64,000 nt of DNA, taken from contig NC_047074.1 in the NCBI RefSeq assembly GCF_902459465.1, forward strand, positions 2,046,001 to 2,110,000, in the 5' to 3' direction. Below are positions 35,643 to 46,400 of this stretch, piece by piece. Source of the stretch: Asterias rubens. Its lineage: Eukaryota. Position numbers and translations under genes: made by a program. The number at the start of each line of letters is the position of its first letter. Position 1 is the stretch's first letter. Under the pieces are notes generated by a model. The model did not search any database and was not told the DNA's origin. It saw nothing but the letters and a program-made list of their open reading frames with translations.

Positions 35643-38600
35643 GTTCGACAAATCAGGGATCAATCATAGAAGAAAGCGACTTTATTGACGATGCGGATGC
35701 TTCAGACTGTGAGTGGGAGAAAGAAGATTCCGATGCCACTGTCACATCTTCCGATGACGATGACAATTTGGTACCAGCGAGACGGGTAAGACTGAATAAT
35801 AATAACTATTTTTAAAAAGTTTTTTTCCCAGGTAGGGTTAAGGTAAGGGTTAGTTTAGTTTCTGAAATTTTGTGCCCAAATTGGGAAATTCTTTGATGAA
35901 GGTTTCCCTGATGATTATTCACATAGTGTCGAGTATCCCACCATTTCCACAAACCGCTGATGGAAATGGTAAAGCCTGATTCAAAATTCCTGATAATGTG
36001 AATGCAATACGAATTTCGACGTCAGAAATTCGCAACAAATAATTCACAACAGTTGACTTGTGCTCAACTCCTGCGAAACCTTCACTGCGAAAAACAGCCC
36101 TGTTTCACCAAAATGCGCTCGCATTAGCAAGAAGGATGAGCCGGGTACAAATCTCCTGCCACCTAGCATCACAGAAAACAAATCTTCAATTGTCTCTCAT
36201 TAACACTGGATGTAATTTCAAGATGATCTACTCGTTTTATTCAAACCAATACAGGAGAGGAAACCCAGGAGTGCAAAATCATCAAAGAAGCCCAAGTATC
36301 AAGAAGTATTATCTGAATCCGAATCGGAGAAGTCTGCCGTACACCAATCATCCGATGATGATTGGGAGCCAGAGGAACAGGTAGGCCTTAAAGCTCCTAA
36401 GATTTGTTAGGATTTTTAATCTTAAAGGTACTGGACACTATTGGTAATTGCTTAAAATAATCTCTAACATAAAAACTTAGCTGTTGATAGTATAAAACAT
36501 TGTGAGAAACGGCTCCCTTTGAAGGAACATAGTTTTTGAGAGGTTATTTCTCACTTAAGTATTAAGAGACTTGAAGCCTTTGTGCAACAAGTGTGTTTTT
36601 ACTTTTGTTATTCTCTTGCAACTTCAATGTCTAATTGAGTCAAAATTTTCACAGATTTGGCAAAATTTCGAGTGGGAATACAGGTCTTTGACAAGTACCA
36701 AGCGTGTCCAGTGCCTTTAACACTGTGTGTAACTTTAAGATGATGTACTATTATTTTCATTCAAACCAACCAGGAGAGGAAACCCAGGAATGCAAAAACA
36801 TCAAAACACAAGCCTAAATATCAAGAAGCACTATCTGAATCCGAATCGGAGAAGTCTGTCGAACGCAAATCATCTGATGATGATTGGGAGCCGGAGGAAC
36901 AGGTAAATCTAAGATTTGTCGCTGTCAACTGAATAACGTTACTCTATAACAATGTGGAACCAGTTTGATTTTTTTTAACCTGGAAGGGGCGCTGTTGTCA
37001 TAATCATATCATTGCAGGCTTGCATTGATGTTACCCTCTGTCCTACAATCGAGACTGTTTTAGGAGGCAGGCCTGTATGCTTCATTTTTGAAAGAGCAGG
37101 GGCACCAAGGCATTTTCTCCTTGGTAAAGGGCAACCTACGAGGCGATTGTAAATTTCTACTGGAGCATTTCAAGGGCACCAGAGCAATGTCCAAAGGGCA
37201 CGGAGGCAAGCGCCTTCGTTGCCTCATTAGTCAGCCCTGTAGCAGGCCTAAAGAGGAATATCAATCCTTAACTTCAGCTCCCCTGAATTGCATTCATCTT
37301 GCATGAGTGGCTTTTAGTCTTGTTTGGGGCGAACTTGCATGAAAATACTAAGTATACTAATTAATGTCTTGATGTCATTCATTATGTTTCTGCAGGTGAC
37401 GGTTACTCATAAGAACAGCTTCAAGGTTTCAGACGAAATAGATTGTCAGAGAGCAGAAATCGGTGTCCAATCTGATGAATCTGAAAGGAATGAAACACAA
37501 ATGGATACAACCGAGGAACCAGACTTAAGTGCAGCATTCGATGAGTCACCAAAGAAGAAAAAAGTTTGGCCTAAAAAGTACAACAAGGGGCCCTTCGTCT
37601 GCGGCTACTGTGACAAACAATTCCGTGGGTTACTGGACCTGACGCGGCATGTGAGAACTCACACAAACGAGAAACCACTGGCATGTGAGCACTGCGGACG
37701 AGGATTCAGCTGCAAACTCTCCTTAAGACTCCACAGAAGGACTCATTCATCGGCAAGACCTTTCCCATGTACAAAGTGTGACATGAAATTTGCCAACAAG
37801 TCTTATTTGAAGAACCATATGGCCAAACACTCCGACGCAAAACCACTTGTCTGTAAAGTCTGCGGATTTCGTGTAAAGTATGCGACGTCTCTGCGAAACC
37901 ACCTCAGAACACACAGAACAGAGAAGGACTTTGCTTGTGAAGTTTGCGGGAAGACATTTAAGACTCAGGTGATATGTCGCATGCACCAGCTACGTCATGC
38001 AGACCCTGAGAGTCGGGTCAACCGCATTCCAAAAGAAGGGGTTCGTAGACGGAGAATCAAGCGCAGACCACTCACAAAAGAAGAGAAGGCAAATATTCCA
38101 ACAATGGCAGAGATACTTTCAGCTCACCGAAAAAAAACTGCAGCAGCTTCAGAACCAACCATGCCAGTCGACAATCTACCACTCTTGCAAAATAGTTCAC
38201 AACAGGTGTCAAATCGACCTCTGGGAGTTGCGGCTGTGTTTTCTACAGTTGGATCATTACCAAACGATCAGTTACACCCGAATCAGATATCAATACCACT
38301 GCGTGGGCCTATTCATACGAATGCTCAAAGAGGGCCAGGATATGCAGGCAGCTTACTGACTAGGTTCAGCCATGTAGTTGGCAATAATCCTGAACATCGA
38401 TCAATGACACCGTTATGGCAAGGGATGCATCCACAGATGCAATTTCCAACCAACTGGAATAGACCTCCTTTAATACAGCATCCATTTCAAGGCGGCATGT
38501 ATTACGGTGTGCCTGTATCAGTCTTGCCTTATGGCAATTGTTTTACACCAATAGGCAATGCAATGGCTGTGGCACAGCATACTGGGCAGCACATGCCACC

Positions 38601-41316
38601 AACATACCAGATGCAGTTCACACGATCAGCTGTGCCAGTTGCATCTAATATTATTCCGGTGCCAGTGGCACCTTATCCAGGGCCGATTGCTCCAGGACCA
38701 TTAGCTCCAGGACCACTACCAATTAACACTGCATCGGCGGAAACAAGACAGGACATTGTTCAAACACCAAATGCGAATTCTCCCATGGTGACCCCTGAAA
38801 TAGGACCAGGGTATGCCAGCAGCTTACTTACCAGATTCAGCCATGCAGTTGGCGGAAATCCACCACACCCGTCAACGACACCTTTATGTCAAGGGATGTC
38901 TCCTGTACCTCAAGGAACGAGAGAGGACATAGTTCAAGCACCTGACACATCAGTTTTGCCAAATTCGTTACATCCACAGATGCAATATCCAACCAACCGA
39001 TTGAGTGGGTCTCCATCAATTGCACAACCAGTGTCGTCATGTGCTGTCCTACCGGTGGTATCACAGACTGCTTCAGTAGCTCCTTTGGGGAGCACTCGAC
39101 ACGAAAGTTCCATGGCTATAAGTTCTCGCCCGGTTAATGAGACGTCACAGTTGACACCAACCACTGCAGTCACTTTGGCAACAACCTCACCACATGCCAC
39201 ACAAATGACATCCTTAATGACAGGGCCACCATCAGTTGTAAAGACAGTAGCGTCAAGTGCAACACTAACATTGGCAACAATCTCACCGATAGCCACACAA
39301 ATGAAATCCTTAATGACAGGGCCACCGTCATTAAAGACAGATCGCTCGTCAAGTGAAACACCAGCCGGACAACTGACAAACACTCAGACTCCAACAACAT
39401 CTTCAGGGAACACGAATGTCTATCTAAATACCGCACATAAAGAAAACGCCCAACCGAGTACATCCGGCAGCAAGGTCCTAGTTTCATGTACTTCATCAAC
39501 TTTACCTTTGGCAACAACCTCATCAGATGCAACACCAAAGACAATCTTAATGACAGGGCTACCTTCATCTGTAAATACAGTGTTGTCAAATGCAACACCA
39601 CCTGGGCAGCTGGCAAACACTAATCAGACTCTAACTTTATCTGCAAACAACACCAGTGTGCCCTTGATTACCTTACACACGGAAAACGCCCAACAAAATT
39701 CACCTTTCACCAACCTAACTTCATCAAACTTACCTATTCCAACGAGCACAAATTCATTACAAGTGACAGCAGGCTCAGTTGTGCAAACAACAATGGTCAA
39801 CCCTGAAGCAACTATGTCTAAATTGGAATTAGATTTTAACAGGAATACATCAACAGTGTCTTCGTTGAATGACAGCTCATTAATGTCATCACTGAAACTG
39901 TTGGAATCGGTATGTGATGCAGTCGAATCCGAGCTGCAAAAAGATATGGATGTGAAAAACAACTGTTCTGAAGATGTTCCATCGTCTTTAGTTTCCATGT
40001 CAGGCTCGACCAAAGAGAGACAAGCCTTCCCTGCCAGGAGTACTACAATGACGCCACCAGTAGTCGTTCGGTCTAACCATTGTCCGGCAATGTCCCATCG
40101 CAAGACGTCAAAAACACTACATGTCCATGACTCGACAACACCAACAGCACGAAGTTCAGGGGTGATTTCATCGCTAAGTTTTTTGAACGAGTCCATAATA
40201 GATAAGTCTCCGACATCAGATGAGATAGCTGAGATTGTTGCACCATTTGTATTGGAGTCAAGATCAGGATCGTCAAGAGACAGTCCTTGTGTGACGTCAC
40301 CGCCATTATCCAAAAAAGGAAAGGCACATTCAGGTATGACTTTCTCGTCAAAAATAAGGTCATCTACCTGTGAGTTAACATCACACCCTGCAGCAACCAA
40401 AAACAACACGAGTTTAGAGACACATCACATTAGGCCAGTCGGTTCAGCTTCTACGGCAACAAGGCAACTGCCCTCCCCATCACCACGCAATACAAAAGAT
40501 GCAATTGCTGGTGTTTCGTCCACTGTTGTGACCACTTCCCCATCTACCTTTTCGACAACTACTATACCCAATGCTTCAAATTTAACTCAATCGATGGTGA
40601 ATGGCAGCTCAGCTACATCGTCATCAATGGGTACCCTTGCCAAAGGTCACCATCATGCTTCTTCATCCCGGCCACCTAGTGTTTCTCCCCAGGCAGCAAA
40701 CGCTGGACCAACAAACGATACGGTTCTAGTCTTGCTCACCTCGGGAAATGTGAAATCGTTGAGCAGCTTCTCCTCCAGCATTTCTTTATCAGCTCCAGCT
40801 CAGCCTGACAGAAGACCAGTGAAGGTGAACACTACTTCAGTGACATCGTCCTCATCACCAACAGGCGATACGCCAAGCACCTCATCTTCAATGTCAGATT
40901 CCTCGATGGATACACAATATGTAACTGCTGGTGTTTCGTCCACTGTTGTGACCACTTCTCCATCTACCGTTTCGACAACTTCTGCATCTTCTGGTTCTTC
41001 CACTAATTCCCAAACGCATAGGCCTACTACGAGCATGCCATCCACTGTTATACAAACTGCTTTGCGCGCTTTTGTCTCATCAACCAATACAATCACTGTT
41101 GTAACAACAGCAGTGACACCAGCTGTTACGCCCTCTGTTGTTATGTCCACTGTTTCACCATCCAGTACATGGTCAAATGGACGATGTACTTCAGTTCTTG
41201 AAACTGTACCAAGTTATGATGATGCTTTGTACTTTACTGTTACTCCATTTATGGTGATAAAAACCCCATTTGGACCCGAATCGGACAACGTTATGAGGCA
41301 GGAAATACAAAGTTGA
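35643..41316 (+). CDS. C2H2 zinc-finger protein (5 fingers) with long S/T/P-rich tail; 5' end unresolved
   Basis: Exons 35643-35785, 36255-36380, 36774-36902, 37396-41316 with consistent phase-0 junctions. Five tandem C-x2-C-x12-H-x3-H fingers with TGEKP-like linkers at about 37590-37995. A candidate first exon is ATG 35452-35470 (MGSPLY-G, donor G|GTATCA), which is speculative. Confidence 0.85.
36426..36716 (+). mobile_element. Kolobok-like MITE family A between the duplicated ZnF exons
   Basis: TTAA|AGGTACTGGACAC...GTGTCCAGTGCCT|TTAA. Confidence 0.8.
37085..37225 (+). repeat. Short dispersed repeat (GGGCACCAAGGCA family); other copies at about 28285-28430 and 34380-34505
   Basis: Shared GGGCACC(A/G)AGGCATTTTCTCCTTGGTAAAGGGCA..GCATTTCAAGGGCACC. 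Confidence 0.7.
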
Positions 41317-42551
41317 AAACCTTTACACATGTAGTTGTTGCCATTATTGGCCCTCGGCTGTATTTTTTTGCCAGTTGTCTTTAAATCAATCTTCACCAAA
41401 AAAGGCTTATGGTAACATGTTCTTGCAACCGTTGAAAACTGGTATCCATGTTGCAAGTTTACTCTGGACCATCGCTAAAACATGTAAATATGAACATGCA
41501 CATACATGTAGTTCACTATCTTCGATCTCCGAAACGTTTCTGTCAGAAACGTCGCCGAGAGTGTGTTTTCCAATTACGTATTACATGTATATGTTTTCTT
41601 CCTGTGTGAACAAAATCGCTCCGGATTTTCGGGAACATCTCAAAAACACGACCACCACTTGAAAAAAAGAAAAAAGGGATGTACATGTGTACGTTTCACG
41701 ACCCAACAAGTTACTTTGATCAACTGGTGGTGCTGTATAATTATAGTGTTTCAAATTTGGATGGCACCGTTTTGCACATAATTTGACTATAAATGAAACT
41801 AAATATTTTACAGTATTCATAAATTGTCTGGCTGTGTTTTGTGCTAAATTGTTGTGTTTTATAATCAGCGTTTCGTGCCAATCTACGGCCTGGCCTTAAT
41901 GCTACGTTGGTGGCACGCAGAACTTGGCAAAAGATTCGTTGAGAACAAAAAATCGCTTTTTCGGCAATGAAAGCATAGAGGTGAAAGTCGTGCCTGCTGC
42001 AATTGTTTAGATCGCAGAAAAATGTCGAGCCGTTGGTAGTTTGTCTCCACAAAATATTGTTTCATTTTTAGGAATAGGTCTCATACTTCAAATCGTAGGT
42101 ACTATACCTTGCGGGAAAAATACTCTGCGCTTTGAAACGCCCGTAGGTTTGTGAGAGCGAGATAAGAACCGAGTATATTTGAAAGGCACATTAAAGGCAA
42201 TGACCGGGGCACTGAGGCGATTGCCTCTGCAATCTCAAGAGCCAACTTACGCCATAAACGTTGCGCAAGTGGACTTACGCAGTTGCGTAAAGTTTCGTAA
42301 ACTTTTCGGAACTATAATGTTAAAAATGCATCACTCCACAGGGTTAAGGGGAGGGGAAATTGTAAAGTCATGGGTTGCCTATGAACAAACTAAAATTAAC
42401 AGGAATGACCAAACACTCGAGTTGGTTTTGTTTACATTGTGTACTCTGAACCGATCATGTACGTATTCACAAATAGCATAATGCCAATTCACTGTGTGTT
42501 ATTGTTGAGTGGGCCTAAGTATGATGTGACGGAAGTAGCCTAGAGTTTTAT

Positions 42552-42709
42552 GGCCCTTTTCGAAACCATGGCTTCGGATTTGGATTCGGCTCAGGCTACG
42601 TTGGCCCCGCGGCTGTTTTGACATTATTTTGCGCGTGCTTTGCGTGCGCGCTAAGGGCTTCAGACGAGAGGCGGAGCCTGAAGCCGAAGCCGTGGTTTCG
42701 AAAAGGGCC
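42552..42709. mobile_element. PIF/Harbinger-like hairpin MITE immediately upstream of the Reeler gene TATA box
   Basis: GGCCCTTTTCGAAACCATGGCTTCGG ... CCGAAGCCGTGGTTTCGAAAAGGGCC; flanks TAT/TAA. Confidence 0.65.
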
Positions 42710-42770
42710 TAAGATTATGCATCGTCATGTTGGCTGATATCGTGGAGTCACGCGCAGGATCAGTTAGTTG

Positions 42771-42869
42771 TATAAAAGCCGATGGTATAAATTAACTTGT
42801 CCATTCTCTCGGTGTCCAGTGAGATACAGAGCTTCCACTTTCTGATCCTGACCGCATCTTCCTATACAT
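42771..42869 (+). promoter_or_regulatory. TATA box (42771-42777) and putative non-coding first exon of the Reeler gene
   Basis: TATAAAA followed by donor CAT|GTAAGT at 42869/42870; the next acceptor precedes the ATG at 43417. Confidence 0.55.
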
Positions 42870-43416
42870 GTAAGTTACACAGTTTTAAACTATTCATTAA
42901 AACACAGTTGTAGGCCTAATTATTGCTTGATATTCATAAAACACAACATTTTTAAATTAATGTTTTGAGTTCATGTGCTACCTCATACGTTTCTCTAAAC
43001 GACTTCATGTGAAATCCTATTTCTACTTTGAAAGGACAAAATATTCGGCAAGTTAAAATTCAGAAAGTCCATATAGGCCCTAAAATGCGCGGCAAGCTAA
43101 ATTACTGGCCGTGTTTCTTAAGTTTTTGTTCAAAGGCTGTTAAAAACGCATATTTCTAAATTAATGTTCCTCTGTGCTCAAAACTACTTTAATTTATGTG
43201 GCAGTGATAGCACTAAAATTCGGCAAGTCAAAATTTAGAATTGCCATGTAAATGCGCGGCAAATTTAATCTGTATCAATCAACACGTACGTTTTTCAATG
43301 ACAAAACTTTAATAACCTCCTTCATAAAATGGTCATCTATTAACGAACCAACATTCTATCTTAGCCTTGGCCTGTGTCCTCTAATGTCTTATCCTGACTT
43401 GTCCAACAGATCAGCA

Positions 43417-46400
43417 ATGGCTACTCTTTCTGCGTTGTTTCTGCTGTCCACGGTCGTGGGTGTTTTGGGTTTCCCCAACGGCCCACCCCTCGCACAATGT
43501 CCGGGAATGATCCCCGCTGGTCACGGACCGAGTAATGCTGTCGGTCCACCACCTTACAACATCACAACCAGCGCTTTAAACTACTCCGTTGGCTCAACAC
43601 TTGACGGTTAGTATAGTACAGTATAGGAATTGTTTACCATATTAAACGCAAATCATTCCAAAAAGTTTCAAAGAAGTTTTGAAAAAATTTTTTCTTTTTA
43701 TTAAGTGTTTTTGTTTTTGGCTAGCTGTTTGGCAAGTCTTTAGAAATGAACTTGGGAAACTGAACAATTGTTAAAACACAAAACTAAAAATACAAGCTAA
43801 AACATAACGCTTTCGTTCGAAGCAAGGCCCAATATCTTGAGCTGCAAAAAGTTGTGCTTGCCAGAATTATAGGTAACAACCCAAACCGGTATGTCGTATT
43901 ATATTATGTACAATTTGTGACTGGTATTCTGCTCAGCAGAATCAATCTCGAAGCATTATTTTCTGCGTAAGCAGCTTTATGAAGCTTTGCCTATGACGCT
44001 GCTACCAGCGAGTACTTCATTTATTATACAAACTTTTTCTTTCTTTTTGAAGTTACAATTAGCTCCGATAATGGGACAATCTTCAAGGGTTTTTTCCTCC
44101 AAGCGAGACGGATCGAACCAGGATCTGACACGACCGTCGCCATCGGAACATTTTCCGACATTCCAACCGGGACACAAACACTTGATTGCAACCTAATACC
44201 AAACGTGAGTTAAATTGACTATTACATTAAAGGCAGTGGACACTATTGGTTATTACTCAAAATAAGTATTAGCATTAAACCTTGCTTGATGACGAGTAAT
44301 GGGGAGAGGTTGATAGTATAAAACATTGTGAGAAACGGCTCCCTCTGAAGTGCCATAGTTTTCGAGAAAGAAGTAATTTTCCACGAATTTGATTTTGAGA
44401 CCTCAGATTTAGAACTTGATGTCCCGAAATCAACCATCTATTCAATACACGAAATTTACAATCCTATTGTACAGCCACATATGAAATATTCAAATGTAAA
44501 ATTCCACAAGTTATACCCATGGCATAAAACGATAACCTTAATTTAAGAAAAATAATCAAAATTTATATAATACAAAAAAAACCCAGCTAAAACATGAAAG
44601 AGAAGTGGACCCCCTCCCCAAACTAAAAGAGGCCAAATTGCACAGGAGATGCCATAAAATAAAATAAAACAATAATAAACAATTAAAAGACAGTACATAT
44701 TACTGCTTCCTAAACACAACAAATAATTGCGGAAATTGTACAAGGATAAAAAGTTTGTCTTTGCATCGCCTTAGAAGATACCGCCAACCTACTTATTTCG
44801 AAACCAATTCTGCTAGACGTGTAGGTCAATCAGAGTTTCTCAATAACTCAAATCTGATATATAAAAAAGGACAAATAATGTACTTGATTAACAACTCTGT
44901 ATTAGTGATCCATTTTGGAATTTAATAAACGAAACCCTGACACCAAGGTCTTACTTTAAACTTTAAATAGATCCGCTGCATTTGTAACGTATTTTTGTTT
45001 AATGTATTTTATCACCCACAGTCTGCTTGGGGACACAGTAATAATGAAAACAAGACGTCAATTACAGCTAACTGGAATGCCCCATTGCAAGCCGAGGGAG
45101 ACATAGCGTTCCGGTAAGCATTTTTGACAAACCGTTCTTGTTGAGTTCAATAATATATCTTATTGTATACAACACTTAAAATACCTGAATAATATTTCAT
45201 GTAAAGTGTATTAAATGGTCATAGATTTGTATTTTGGCATGCCCTGCCAACAAAATGACCAGAGAGCAACTTACGTGGTGAGAAGTATTGCAGCTGTTGA
45301 TAGTACAAACTTTTTTGTTTGAGAAAGGAAGCCCTCCGAGGTAGTATGGTCTCCTAACACATTTGAATCGTTTCTAAGCTTTTGAGAGTTGTTGCCCGTT
45401 CGCGAATGTTGCAGCCAGAGATGCGGTTGGTACCCGCTGTTTACTTGCTACACATGGTTGGATTTGACATTCCTTGTAAAACAAAATTGATTTTTTTCCC
45501 GCTGTTTTCTCAGCAGGATATTCAGATGAAGCTTTCACTTATGACTTGTCTTGTATCTTTTTTCGAGAGTTTTGCCTATAAATCAGCATTAAAGGCAGTG
45601 GGGAGGTAGTGCTTTCCACTCTACCGGCCAGACTTCGAATTGATGATACCCAAGCCTACATTCGTATGGACTGTGAAAGGGGTAACCCTGTTTCAGCCCT
45701 AGGAGTAGGTGGCAACGGCCTCTGGAAAAAAAATTGTAGCCCACACCTTGAGTGGTCTTCAGGCCTTGTGTGTCAGGCGACTTGCATAAAATTAAAAAAA
45801 AGTGGACACTATTGTTTAATGTTGATGGTATAAAACATTGTCGACTCCCTCTGAAGTGCCATAGTTTTCGAGAAAGAAGTAATTTTCCACGAATTTGATT
45901 TCGAAAAGTTGTGTGCTTTCAGATGCTTGATTTTGGAACCTCAAAACCTAATTCTAAGGTCTTGAAATCAAATTCAAATATTTTAGTGGAAAATTACTTC
46001 TTTTTCGAAAATTACGTTACTTCGGAGGGAGCCGTTTTTCACCATGTTTTGTACTATCAACAGCTCTTCATTGCTCGTTACCAAGTTAGTTTTGATGCTA
46101 AAAATTATTTTGAGTAATTACCAGTTGTGTCCAGTGTCTTTAATTGAACTAATTTGCATTTTGTTTTTCTTGCAGCGCAACTATTGTTTCTGGCGTGCCT
46201 GATCTGACGTTCTACTGGACTGATGTCATGTCCCTAACCGTCGATGGACCTCCACGGGCTACAGGTAACCCCTCACAAAATTGTCAACAATGTCGCTCTC
46301 ATTTAAAGCCATTGGACACTTTCGGTCCAAAAAAAAGAATCACAGATTTACAAATAACTTATAGGGTTTACATAAGGCAATGGTGAAAGACTTCGCTTGA

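Noticed and set aside
38934-41150. Long minus-strand ORFs (for example 39624-40409)
   Set aside because: Antisense shadows of the S/T-rich ZnF exon with no independent motifs
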